NCBI RefSeq assembly: GCF_003918875.1
Contig: NW_025767080.1
Span: 434,001 to 498,000, forward strand
From: Haliotis rubra
Lineage: Eukaryota
Length of the DNA: 64,000 nucleotides
Reading direction: 5' to 3'
The stretch's first letter is position 1. Every line of letters starts with the position of its first letter. The translations under genes and the position numbers were made by a program. Below the pieces are notes generated by a model. It did not search any database. It saw only the letters and a program-made list of their open reading frames with translations, and had not been told where the DNA came from. Shown here in pieces: positions 40,886 through 51,637 of the stretch.

Positions 40886-43800
40886 GAGTACTTTTATAGC
40901 GCCTCATCCACATCACCCAGGGACATGCTCTAAGCGCATAACATATATACAGGTTCTATGTACAGGAAAGTTGACGTCATAGATATTTCTTGAAGAGGTG
41001 AGTTTTGAGCTTGGACTTAAAGACTGGGAGTGATGGAGAGGTTTTAAGATCCGATGGTAGAGAGTTCCAGAGAGTGGCAGCAGCATGAGAAAATGAATTT
41101 GCACCAAAGGTTTTGAGTTTGCACACAGGAATAACTAGCAAGAGTTGATCGCTGGAGCGGAGAGATGTTTCAGGTTTGTACAGTGTTATCAAATCATGGA
41201 GGTATGCTGGACCAATGCTATTAACAGACTGATAAACAAGGGAGAGCAATGATATACAGTAAGACTTACTTGAGATACTGTTCTTCATTCTCATCTGGCT
41301 GCAGCTTTGTCATCGTCTCGCTCAGCTGGGTCTGAGACAAGTGGAAAACTATGGCTTTACAAAAATTCACTACTTTATCAAAGTAACGATGTAAATGCAG
41401 CACTATCATTGACATTTAGGATGTGTGTAAACATAAGAGTTGCTTGATGTACTCAACCATGATCTTGAACACTGAAATTATAACACAAAAACAACCATAA
41501 CAACGTTTTTCAATAAATATCATCATCTTACTGAAGGAAAGAATTGACTGTGTTTCCATCTTATCCATTCTTTACATATATTGTCAAAGGATGAATCATA
41601 TACTCACTGCCATTTGAATGAATTAGTTTTGTAGTCAAATTATTAATATCTGTGAATGTTTGAAACTAGAAAACTATTTTTCAGACCATTAGTTTAGTTC
41701 TTGGCCAGGTGTCAAATTTCTGTTGTAAATCAATCCCTGAAAACAGGAAAATTATCTCCTTACCTGCCATACTTCCAAACGCTTTGTTTCAAAGGTTTTT
41801 TATTTGCATAGTTCTTCACTTTGCTGGGCTCATCCTCCTAGAAAATAATTAACACAAACCATGTATAAAGATACCCTCAAATAAAACACATTAATGCTTG
41901 GTGTCAAGCAACCTGTGAAACAATTACATATATACAGGTTCTATGTACAGGAAAGTTGGCGATCATAGATATTTCTTGAAGAGGTGAGTTTTGAGCTTGG
42001 ACTTAAAGACTGGGAGTGATGGAGAGGTTTTAAGATCCGATGGTAGAGAGTTAGAGAGTGGCAGCAGCATGAGAAAATGAATTTGCACCAAAGGTTTTGA
42101 GTTTGCACACAGGAATAACTAGCAAGAGTTGATCGCTGAGCGAGAGATCTTTCAGGTTTGTACAGTGTTATCAAATCATGGAGGTATGCTGGACCAATGC
42201 TATTAACAGACTGATAAACAAGGGAGAGCAATGATATACAGTAAGACTTACTTGAGATACTGTTCTTCATTCTCATCTGGCTGCAGCTTTGTCATCGCCT
42301 CCGGCTCAGCTGGGTCTGAGACAAGTGGAAAACTATGGCTTTACAAAAAATTCACTACTTTATCAAAGTAACGATGTAAATGCAGCACTATCATTGACAT
42401 TTAGGATGTGTGTAAACATAAGAGTTGCTTTGATGTACTCAACCATGAACTTGAACACTGAAATTATAACACAAAAACAACCATAACAACGTTTTTCAAT
42501 AAATATCATCATCTTACTGAAGGAAAGAATTGACTGTGTTTCCATCTTATCCATTCTTTACATATATTGTCAAAGGATGAATCATATACTCACTGCCATT
42601 TGAATGAATTAGTTTTGTAGTCAAATTATTAATATCTGTGAATGTTTGAAACTAGAAAACTATTTTTCAGACCATTAGTTTAGTTCTTGGCCAGGTGTCA
42701 AATTTCTGTTGTAAATCAATCCCTGAAAACAGGAAAATTATCTCCTTACCTGCCATACTTCCAAACGCTTTGTTTCAAAGGTTTTTTTATTTGCATAGTT
42801 CTTCACTTTGCTGGGCTCATCCTCCTAGAAAATAATTAACACAAACCATGTATAAAGATACCTCAAATAAAACACATTAATGCTTGGTGTCAAGCAACCT
42901 GTGAAACAATTACTGACACAACTACCAATCCAGATTTATTTGTAAATAAAAATATGTTAAAACCAAACAATTACTGAGGTTCTGATATGGCTGAGCTTTA
43001 CCTTTCATACTAGGTAACCATTTTGTCATGACGATATTTATTACTCATTGTGCTAAGTATGTTTATTAACAAAGGTTACCTCTTTGAGCTCCTTTACAAT
43101 GTTTAGCAATGGAGAAACTTCTTGTTTCAAGTCAAAACAGCTGAAATGGAGATACTCTTTTATCAACAAAGGTTGCATCAGTGTGCAAAGTTACAGCTTA
43201 ATGATTTTGATGACATACAAAAGAGTTATTAACTCCAATGTTACAATGTTCCTTTGCTCAAATGTGATGTCTTCACCATCATGATTAATTAGCAAGTACA
43301 GTCATCCCTTGCAATAATGCGTTATGTAATAGTTACTATAATGCAGGTGTCTAATAACACGGGGGGGGTTGTCATCCATGTACCCCAAGACCCGCGTTAT
43401 GGCGAGGGATTACTGTAATTACTATTGCAGCTTCACAGTTCTAAGAATGAACAAACAAATGAACAAATCTAATATTTCCCAGATATGATATTAAGTATCA
43501 TATCAAGTAACATATAATAATATATACAAGACTGTGACTTGGAACATGTCCTACATCAGGATGTTACCAGGTACAAATTCAACTCCAACAAACTTGTCAC
43601 CTACTTTTTGTACAGCTGTCTCAACTTTTCTTCCTTGTCTTTCAGTTTGGTGTTATCAAGAGTCTTGTTACTTTCCTTCACCAGCTTTTCAACCTGTTTG
43701 TCAATCAATAAAACACACGTAAAGACAAGACATTCTATGATAGTGAGTGAATGTTGTTCCATAGCTCTAGTTACATCAACTTTATGACAGCTGCCTGTAA

Positions 43801-45955
43801 CAATAAAACATGGCAACTCAAACCAGTGATTGATGGTGTGAGCTTTAATGACTCATGCATGCAGTTGTTATTCATATTCAACAGCCATTTGGATCACTTA
43901 GTCCAGATTATGTCTTCCATACATCATTAGGGTCAATAGGCACAAGATATTGAAATGCATTTTATACTTTGATAACCATAACATGATTACTGCTTGCACT
44001 GGGATCATGATATGCATGGTCTCTATACAGTTAATAGTAATTGTGTCAGTCTTATTTAGAACTCAAAAGCAAAGAGACATCATCTTAATCAAGTATTAAA
44101 GAAAATGTATGTGTGTCTATTATCATCTTTGTGATCGAGTTTGAATTCAGGACCTAAAATAGCAGAAACTGAGAAAGTTGAAATTTTGACATTCAGGGAA
44201 TCAGTGAGTTTGTTTAGTTTTTTGCATCAACACTCTTTCACTCTGTATTTGAGGAACTATCTATAAGTTAAAATTATCCATATTTCGCTAACTGGAATAA
44301 TAATCTAAGGCTAACTGAAATATGAATGTTTAAAAATGAAAAAAGAGTTTTCTATAGAAACCCAAAGAAACCTTATTTGTTTGAAAGGATTAATTAAACT
44401 AATGATCATGTATAAATTTTACTTAGACACTCCTCTACAGGTCAATTATCCCATACATTATTGTTAGAGGACATGAAGTCTTATCACCAATGTTTGTCAC
44501 TCTTCGGACAGACATGCTTTTCTAACTGGATTCTAGATGTTAAACTTGCACAAGCAAAGACACAAGGCAGTTCAATTCTTACTTTTTTCAGAGGCACAGG
44601 GCAGTTTAACTGGTAGTTTTCTCAGTGCCCTCTTAATTTAACCTGACAATAAAACTACAAATTTAAGATGTTTCACTTTGCAAGAGATATGAAAGATCTG
44701 TGAATGTAAGTTCTTGACAGGATACACAATGTTCAGGCTGTCATGAACTTAGATTGGTTGGTTGGTTTGTTGGTTGTTTAACACTGCACTCCACAGTATT
44801 CCAGCTATATGGCAGCGGTCTGTAAATAATTGAGTCTGGACCAAACAATCCAGTGATCAACATCATGAGCATCAATCTTCGCAATTGGCACATGATGACA
44901 TGTGTCAACCAAGTCAGCAAGCCTGACCACCTGATCCCGTTAGTCGCCTCTTACGGCAAGCATGGGTTACTGAAGACCATTTCTAACCCGGATCTTCAAT
45001 GATCATCATCAGATCATGAACACAGAAACAAATGTGGATAGGTGACTGTAACTGACTGGGCTGACAGTGAAGGCAATAACTCTCTGGAGTCTAAACAGTG
45101 TTCCTGCTTTGGTTCTTCAGGTTTGCATTGCCACATTAAACAATTTGTAGTGTCCCTTATCCCATATTTCCAGGAGAAAACTAAAAACAATCTCAATCAC
45201 ATTTTCCCCACTTCTTAGGGATTTTTCATTAAAATCTGTAAAGCAACTAAAAACATATACATAGGCTGATACCCCACCTCCACCCCTGTCCTGAAAGTTT
45301 ATTAAATGACAATTGAAACGCATGTGAAAATGAAGTGTGCATCCCCCTTTCTCAAGAGCGTGCACACACACACACACACACCCCTTCTCTAAATGCTGTA
45401 CCCGCCCCTGATATATATTTATCTGCTTTAGCATATGTGTAGCCTGCACATGTTCATCACTCTAAAGAAGTCTGCAATGTATGAACATATTTTATTCACA
45501 TTGAAATGGATTACGGAAACCAATTTAGAAATCTCTCTCCATGTCTGTCTGTTAATGTACAATATCGTCAACCTCTACTTCGGATTGGAACATTCTAATT
45601 TTTCTAATGATATTAGATAGCATGTCACAACACGTTTCGAAGCTGAGTTGTTTCTTAATATCCCTTACACTGTGATGAGAACCGAACACAGCTCTGAATG
45701 AATTTTTAACTCATGTACAAAATGTCAGGAGAAAGTTTGCGTAGTGGTAATCGTGATGCATTAGCATCATTACATTATTCGCAAAATACACATCAATTTA
45801 TGTGAAATTGAGTGAGAATTCATCGTGTATCTTGCTTGACAACAGAGATAAAAAGAAATACTGCTCCTTTAAAAAACAGCATGACAAGTTACCCTCTTCT
45901 TCAAGGCATCTGCTTCTTTCGTTGCCTTAGGTAATGGTCCTAATTGTTTTGGCAT
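966..45955 (-). CDS. NPHP1: Nephrocystin-1, multi-exon gene (~29 coding exons, ~810 aa)
   Basis: GT-AG exons read from sequence, in transcript order: 45893-45955 ([21 protein letters not shown]), 43605-43693, 43080-43140, 42750-42824, 41270-41331, 39384-39535, 38922-39048, 38105-38249 (acidic), 37693-37787 + 30185-30254 (SH3: [42 protein letters not shown]), 27762-27798, 26959-27022, 25810-25852, 24933-25017 ([19 protein letters not shown]), 24197-24291, 23750-23825, 21412-21464 ([13 protein letters not shown]), 21044-21118 (LSNIHTV), 20718-20790, 20375-20412 (GILFEL), 19492-19574 (GEFSCGW), 19003-19079 ([19 protein letters not shown]), 9372-9471, 8761-8873, 8088-8161, 7101-7146, 2131-2247, 1299-1457, 966-1055. 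Motifs match vertebrate NPHP1 as I recall it. All phases agree except a 1-nt excess at 7101. The 3' end is uncertain: splice at 1299 to exon 966-1055, or read-through to a stop at 1065. Confidence 0.93.
1527..1910. mobile_element. MITE with ~45-bp imperfect terminal inverted repeats
   Basis: tgggactgttcataatgtatggcc... pairs with ...gccataaattatgaacggttccca. Flanking direct repeat agcacta at 1520-1526 and 1911-1917. Confidence 0.75.
4044..4188. repeat. 71-bp tandem duplication
   Basis: cctacatcattcacct...cacagcaactctca starts at 4044 and again at 4115. Confidence 0.85.
4493..5128. mobile_element. Tc1/mariner (pogo/Tigger-like) non-autonomous element
   Basis: Perfect 24-bp TIR cagtagaacacggatataacgaac / gttcgttatatccgtgttctactg, TA on both flanks, and subterminal gttcgctat repeats. 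Confidence 0.92.
7261..7447 (-). mobile_element. 5'-truncated retroposon 3' end with (ACTC)n tail
   Basis: 12-bp TSD catttttctaga at 7249-7260 and 7448-7459. The tail resembles that of the SINE families in this window. Confidence 0.8.
9449..9965. repeat. 90-bp minisatellite (~6 copies) spanning the 3' splice site of NPHP1 exon 9372-9471
   Basis: Units start at 9449, 9539, 9629, 9719, 9809 and ~9903. The first unit overlaps the exon. Confidence 0.95.
10285..10655. repeat. 22-bp minisatellite (gatggacagggtctagagtgat)n
   Basis: About 16 tandem copies, degenerating leftwards. Confidence 0.93.
12237..15735. repeat. ~90/97-bp minisatellite (~37 copies)
   Basis: Unit tggggtgtacagtat[caagtat]ctctactgtaagggctgctaggacacaacacacacatccacctgtctacctgtatatacacatctcagtactc, with an optional 7-bp insert. 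It explains all ORFs in the track here. Confidence 0.97.
16018..16139 (-). mobile_element. tRNA-derived SINE, internally deleted
   Basis: B-box ggttcgattccc on the minus strand, (ACTC)n tail, TSD aacaaggatta. Confidence 0.8.
18210..18244 (-). mobile_element. Extremely 5'-truncated (35-bp) retroposon tail
   Basis: (gtga)n gttattatttaacgtcacaa flanked by an 11-bp TSD cttttatttag (18199-18209 and 18245-18255). Confidence 0.75.
21824..23779. repeat. 61-bp minisatellite (~32 copies) spanning the 5' splice site of NPHP1 exon 23750-23825
   Basis: Minus-strand unit cctgtcagcagatcccacctcctggwtcag|gtcagtgtctctgtatatcacactctgtatc. The terminal unit is the end of the exon ([11 protein letters not shown]). 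Confidence 0.97.
24512..24676 (-). mobile_element. tRNA-derived SINE
   Basis: Same family as 26759-26926, with B-box and (ACTC)n tail. Confidence 0.85.
26759..26926 (-). mobile_element. Full-length tRNA-derived SINE (~168 bp)
   Basis: Minus strand ggggcggtggggTAGCCTGGTGGttaaagcg...GGTTCGAATCtcc (Pol III A/B boxes), tail gctggaatattgctaaaagcggcgtaaaac, 12-bp TSD ctttatcaaaga. Other copies at ~37890-38050 (-), ~47390-47550 (+) and ~51296-51441 (+). Confidence 0.92.
28090..29350. repeat. 58-bp minisatellite (~21 copies)
   Basis: Unit ctgaacaacatacattagggcacttaggacctagttactgcatcccacatagagscac. The central units are scrambled. Confidence 0.96.
30505..30785 (-). mobile_element. tRNA-derived SINE with V-domain-like core
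   Basis: Minus strand gttcgatcccc followed by gtcataccaaaagac and gactggttggctcagagtcagtataatgtg. The V-SINE assignment is from memory of the motif. Confidence 0.6.
31430..32550. repeat. AT-rich tandem repeat inside the DIRS element (~70-bp subunits, ~140-bp dimer)
   Basis: Recurring catagtactgagcttaagatat, aatagcaaaactcc.tagagtttgttagctaata and aatgtaaccataatgc blocks. Confidence 0.85.
32737..33370 (-). pseudogene. DIRS tyrosine recombinase remnant
   Basis: Fragments [14 protein letters not shown] (core-binding-like) and [24 protein letters not shown] (HxxR box), separated by frameshifts and stops. Confidence 0.8.
33575..34715 (-). pseudogene. DIRS RT (C-terminal half) / RNase H / DNA N6-adenine methylase-like remnant
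   Basis: [40 protein letters not shown] and [34 protein letters not shown] lie in different frames. Confidence 0.82.
35865..36292. repeat. Three tandem copies (~130-160 bp) within the DIRS gag region
   Basis: The block caatatatgagc..cgacctctgtgttctacagggtgtgggctcggc..gatgtc..actggtgaggctctagctcc occurs three times. Confidence 0.85.
37890..38050 (-). mobile_element. tRNA-derived SINE
   Basis: Same family as 26759. TSD agtctaacatgta on both sides. Confidence 0.88.
40855..41245 (-). mobile_element. L2/CR1-clade LINE 3' end (second partial copy at ~41926-42215)
   Basis: ORF2 C-terminus [39 protein letters not shown], followed by a 3'UTR and a (TAT)n tail at 40855-40883. Confidence 0.9.
40941..42913. 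repeat. ~985-bp tandem duplication containing NPHP1 coding exons 4 and 5
   Basis: Copy A 40941-41925 and copy B 41926-42913 are near-identical apart from small indels. Confidence 0.95.
43299..43415. mobile_element. Small Tc1/mariner-type MITE
   Basis: ta-cagtcatcccttgcaataatgcg ... cgcgttatggcgagggattactg-ta. Confidence 0.75.
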
Positions 45956-46850
45956 TTTGAAGTTAACTGTATGTAAGCACCCAAGAAATCACTGTCATTT
46001 ATATTTCAGATCAGGAACACCGCCGCCATATTTCAACAATGTTTGTAGGGGGCGCTCTTTCCGTGAGGTTCTCCGAATAAATGTTATCATTTGTTTTGGG
46101 CACACTATATTATGTACAACGTTATTTCGAAAATGTAAGAAACGAAATTACATGTCAGAACATATATATCAACTGAATCAATGGCATAACCATTTCTATA
46201 ATGTTAATTACATACAAATATTTATTGATGACATTACGTATAATAGGCCCCGTCTTGTAAGTAGGAATCACTAGACGAACAACCACGCTGCATGCGCTGC
46301 TGTAAGTTTAAAAATAGTATATACATTATAGTATAGACGGGTGCAAGTCTTACGCTGTGAGGAACCCTCAAGCGCAGCGCGCGTGAAATGTGGGACTAGT
46401 TTATATTATTCCACAAGAAGGTCATGAAACCACTTGGGAGTACTGCACTTTACTAAATTACGTCCCACGTTGGGTATATGATATTTTAATTCATTGTATG
46501 TGATGTGTGACAGTCTTTGGTGTCTTTGTATGCGTTCTTAAGCAATATTGCTTTTTGAAGAGATTGATATTGCGTTGTTATTTACGTTGTCCAATGTTCG
46601 ATCATCTTTAGTTTTTACGGTAAAAAACAACTGGTTACCGGTATATATTGTCATATGTACGCGGTTTTATTCTTGATGCCAGTCTTTTGCATTGCAAGTC
46701 CCTGTGATGGTGATTACGTGGCTAATGATCTGGAACAGCGTCTTAAGCTTAAAAATTAATATTCGTACTAGTAATTTGAACCCCTTAAAACATGAGTTTC
46801 ATGGGAAAATGAATGTAAGTTGCCTCAAGATGACTTTTTACCTTTTTCAG
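45956..46850. promoter_or_regulatory. Probable bidirectional promoter of NPHP1 and NDUFAF1
   Basis: The divergent ATGs are about 920 bp apart and the interval is locally CpG-rich. YY1-type CCGCCATATT at about 46023-46032 and a GCGC-rich patch at about 46372-46384. The NDUFAF1 coding exon is preceded by an acceptor, implying a 5'UTR exon in this interval. Confidence 0.6.
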
Positions 46851-46877
46851 ATTAGGAGTGCTAGCCTGTCCAACAAG

Positions 46878-49723
46878 ATGGCAGGTTTTCTCACAAGACA
46901 AGTATTAGTGCATAATCAGAAACTGTTATCCTTACCACCATGTGTGTACTTTAATCCTTCACGGACTAAAGTAGGAATTTATGAACCAGACAAAAAAGTC
47001 GGGTTATGGAAAACCATTGCCGTCACACAAAACCCTCCTAAAAGAGGGCATGAAAGGACTGAAACAAGAAATCAAATTGTTTGGACAGGAAGTAAAAGAG
47101 AAATGTTATGCTGATCCGTTTGTCGATGTGCAAGACGGAGACTACACATACGAGTGGAAGATGAATACCAGGGAGGACATTGACAAGTGGATGGTGACCA
47201 CTGATCATGACAACAACGAGGGACTGAGCAAAGCCTCATTAGTGCTTAGTACAAACAATACTGCAATGTTTCATGGGTATTTATCACAAGAAGTGATGAA
47301 GGACGGCATTCAGAAGCGTAGTGGGTATGCTGGGATACGTTCTCCCAGTAGCTTTGTAAGTAATTATGTGGTATTGTTAGTTTAATGTGTGGTGATGGGG
47401 TAGCCTTGTGGTTAAACCATTCACTCATCACACCAAAGACCCTGGTTTTATTCCTCAAAAGGATACAAACTGTGGAGCCCATTTCTGAAGTCCTCTGCTG
47501 TGATATTGATGGAATATTGCTACAAGGGGGGTAAAACTATGCTCACTGACTCCAGTGTCTTTTCATATTTAATACACCCGTGAGGGTCTGGGTTAGAATG
47601 AACCTTCAGTAACCCATGCTTGTCGTAAGAGGCGACTAACGGGATCGGGTGGTCAGGCTCGCTGACTTGGTTGATACATGTCATCGGTTCCCCATTACGC
47701 AGATCAATGCTCATGTTGTTGATCACTGGATTGTCTGGTCCAGACTCGATTATTTCCAGACCACCGCCATATCGCTGGAATATTGCTGAGTGCGTGTACA
47801 ACTAAACTCACTCACTTTAATACAGAGGAACCAGGAGAATCTCTTCATTTTCAGAAAGTAAAGAAACCTAAATATTGCAGACTTGACTGGGATTTTTGTT
47901 TCATGGTCTTTGAATCAATGAGAGGCTTAGCCGCTTTAGTGATGACAGAAGCGAACACTTCATTGCAGATGTTAAGATTTTCTTGATCCTCATAGTATAC
48001 TCCAGTCATAGGTTTAGACAGGTTTTTAGAACTATAACATGGTCAAAGACTGTATAAGGACCCGTGAAGATCCGGGGTAGAATAGGTCTTAAGCAACCCA
48101 TGCTTGCCACAAAAGGCGACTATGCTTGTCGTAAGAGGCGACTAACGGGATCGGGTGGTCAGGCTCGCTGACTTGGTTGACACGTCATCGATTCCCAATT
48201 GCGCAGATCGATGCTTATGCTGTTCATCACTGGATTGTCTGGTCCAGACTTGACTATTTACAGACCGCCGCCATATAGCTGGAATATTGCTGAGTGTGGC
48301 GTTAAACTAAACTCACTCACTCAAAGACTGTATCCACTTTCTGAAAAGAAGTCATGTTAAACCCATGTGAGCATGGTGAGGATCAAGGAAATAATGGAAA
48401 CCAAACATTTCATTTTCAAAAATTATTAATTTAATTAATTAATATAACTCTTCACCGTCAATAACCAGCCTTTGTTGAAATGTTGCATTAATGATGCACC
48501 GAACCTATTACTGTAAGTATTTTGTTAACAAGAATATACTTTCAAGTGACAAGATTCTGGAGTCTTAGAATGTGCCATGATTACTGTACTATTACTACAA
48601 AGGGATACTTTACTGGCTCTCTAGTGTTTGATGCATGCTTCAAGTACCTCTGTGATATAGTCGTACAACAAAACACTGATAAGGAACAATCACTGCTACA
48701 ACTTTATGGCTGTTTGTTTTACAGAAGTCATTCAAGAGAAAGGTCTCCTATGACTGGTCTATTTTCAACTGTTTGGTGATGCGAGTTCGTGGGGATGGGC
48801 GCACCTATATGATCAACATTCACATGAATCGAACCTTTGACGTTGGCTGGAATGATCAGTATAACTATGGCCTCTTCACCAGAGGTGGGCCATACTGGCA
48901 GGTTGCTAAGGTTGGTTAGTTTTAAAGTACAGCACACACTGTAATGACTTCTAGACAGCTGCAGTCCTGCTATTAAACTAAAGGGACAGTACACGGACCA
49001 TTCTGAAGCATTGTTTTATGAACAAACTCCCAAGCTTTTCTCTTTTAGCTGTTGTCTTGTTTGTAAACATTGTGAAGAAATGCAGTTAGTCAGAAATACC
49101 AGACAGGCTTAATGGGTACCCAGCAGGAGATGGTAATGAGAATGCAGATTGACGGCATGTACTTAGGTTCTATTATCCCCAGCCTATTATTATTTCCACC
49201 CAAATATGTATATACTGATCTACTTGTTCACCAATGTTGATAACGATACGCTATTTAACCTTTGTATTTTCATTGATACGGTGTTGAAAAAATAGTGTAA
49301 ATGCATTATGTTAACTTCAGATGAATTTTGTTAGTGGCGCAGTATGTATGTATGTTCACCCATTTATACAAAATAAAATGAATGATGGTATATTATCCCC
49401 ATGGAGTTGAGAAATGTGAACACACACTTTCAGCATGTGTGGTATACACAGTGTCAGTGTTTCTATTATAACTATTATGCACCTCTCATGTACTTCAGAT
49501 TCCTTTCTCCAAGTTCTACCTGACCAGCAAAGGCCGAATCCAAGATAAGCAGGAGCCAATACAGCTGACCAATGTGTCGACCATGGGCCTGAGTATAGGG
49601 GACGGCAACGAGGGGCCCTTCTCCCTCGAGATAGACTATATTGGACTCATGTATGATGAGAACCACTATGAAGAATTTGCTTATGAAATGTATGAGGCAA
49701 ATCCAGCTCATGTGGGTACATGA
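46878..49723 (+). CDS. NDUFAF1: Mitochondrial complex I assembly factor NDUFAF1 / CIA30
   Basis: Exons 46878-47355 (acceptor ends 46850, ATG 46878), 48725-48910 and 49499-49723 (TGA). CIA30 motifs: KWMVTTDHDNNEGLS, RSGYAGIRS, MRVRGDGRTYMIN, FTRGGPYWQ, IPFSKFYLTSKGRIQDKQ, GPFSLEIDYIG, EEFAYEMY. One extra A in the A6 run at 46992-46997 shifts the frame (YEPDKK/SGYGK), probably an assembly error. Confidence 0.95.
47577..47815 (+). mobile_element. Head-less SINE-like retroposon with Meta/MESC-like domain
   Basis: Starts cccgtga, contains gcttgtcgtaagaggcgactaa, ends gctggaatattgctgagtg..(ACTC)n. TSD tttaataca abuts both ends. Copies at 48061-48322, 52341-52565, 52810-53050 (+) and ~44753-45000, ~39912-40136, ~50933-51110, ~8250-8415 (-). 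Confidence 0.85.
48061..48322 (+). mobile_element. Head-less Meta-like SINE copy with duplicated internal hairpin
   Basis: Same family as 47577. TSD caaagactgtat. atgcttgccacaaaaggcgact precedes atgcttgtcgtaagaggcgact. Confidence 0.85.
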
Positions 49724-51637
49724 GAAACTTGTTTCGTGTTTGGAAAAAATCATGTGAAATATTTTGAAATAACATTTACAACTTGTTTGTCATTTTTATT
49801 TCATTATCAAGAAGTACAGAAATTATTGGTGGGTGTCTGTGTGACTGTTACAAATCAGAATTAGGAAAGATTTCATGACATATAACTAACAAAACAACAC
49901 AATCCTGTTTTCAAGCACTTACAATCCTACTGCACACTTCATACACAATCTATAAATATACAAAACATACAAGAAAACATTCTTTGCAGTAATAGTCCAG
50001 AAGAGGAACTCTTTAGATTAACAGGGTGTCAGACTACATAAGTTTCAGTTTCATGTCGTTCTGTAAGAGAATGCATGACTGAGGATTTGGATAAATATGT
50101 AAATCGTCAGCTGCAGGGGAAGAGCACAGGTGCTATTCCCACAAGTATTCTGTCACAATCACCTGACTTGCCATGCAGTTTAGTCATTGTTTCACTCCAT
50201 AGAATATGTCAATTTCAAGATAAATCAACTTCATAAATATGTGCATAATTAAATCACCATAACCTGAAATCATTGATTTGTGACACAAACAAAACATAAT
50301 AATGCATAGTCCAGTTGAGGATCAGCGAAGCAAGATGTATGGACATTGCTTGATATCAATACTAAAATATTGACTGACACCAGTTACAGCAGGCAAGATT
50401 ATTGCTACTAGAATTTGTCCATTCACCACAGGACCTAACATAGTCTGGCCTTTATTCAGTAGTCTGGGGTGTAAGTTCGGGCAAATTCTTACAGCACAAT
50501 AAGTTCAACTAACAGCAAATAAACCTAAGTGGACAAAAATCTAATGCAAGTGAAAGAAGGTTTTGGTACAGACTGGAAACAGGTCAACTTCAATTCCCAC
50601 TGCCCAGGATGGTCACTGAAATACCCATTACATTTAATCCCTATGAATGTCCACTCTATCAGCAATGAGATGGGAGAAACAAGATTTCAAATCCACTTCA
50701 GCCTTTATTTCAGTATCTTGGCATGTCTGCTTGATGTAGGAGAAAGCCACAAGTGAAGCAATGATGAAATCCACAAGCAGAGGGGAAGTGCTGACAAACC
50801 ACAATATTTATGAGGAGCAAATCTTTGATTGAAACCACAATCAAGGGTCTCTGTTACACCCGAGGAACACAACTCTACAAAGTGAATATCGACACTGTAG
50901 AAAACTAGGCTGCAAGTGCCCTAACAACAAGTGCGTGAGTTTAGTTTGACACCACATTCAGCAATATTCCAGCTATATGGCGGCATCTGTAAATAATCAA
51001 GTCTGGACCAGCTTGAGCATCAATCTACGCAGTTGGGATATGATGACATGTGTCAACCAAATCGTAGAGCCTGACCACCCAATCCCGTTGGTAGCCTCTT
51101 ACGACAAGCAGGAATAAACAAAGCAGGGAAATGTATGATCAGTCACATTTGTCAACTTGGGCCTGGCTGTAATTCTGAAAGCTTGGACTACTCACAGCCA
51201 TCATCTGTCAACACAACCCACAATGACTCTACACTGAATCACAGTATGTAACCTCCATCAAGACTTCTTAATGGTGTGTGTGTGTGTGTGTTTAGTAGGG
51301 TAGCCTAGTGGCTAATCATGCCTAAGACGCAGGTTCAATTTCCCCACATGGATACAATGTGTGAAGCCCATTTCTGGTATGCGCTGACGTGATATTACTT
51401 GAATATTGCTAAAAGTGGCATTAAAATAAACTCATTCACTCTTAATGCGTGTTATGAGATTACTTTGCGAAATGTTAAACGAGGAAAACCAATTGTAACC
51501 TGCCTCTTTCCTACAGCCGCCAGCATGATCTAGTTAAGTTGTTAAAAAGCAAACAGCTCTGCCTTATTCTTACAGTTATGTTGTTAGATCACCACAAACA
51601 TATACATGGAACACTCAATGACAGCCAGTGCTTGTTC

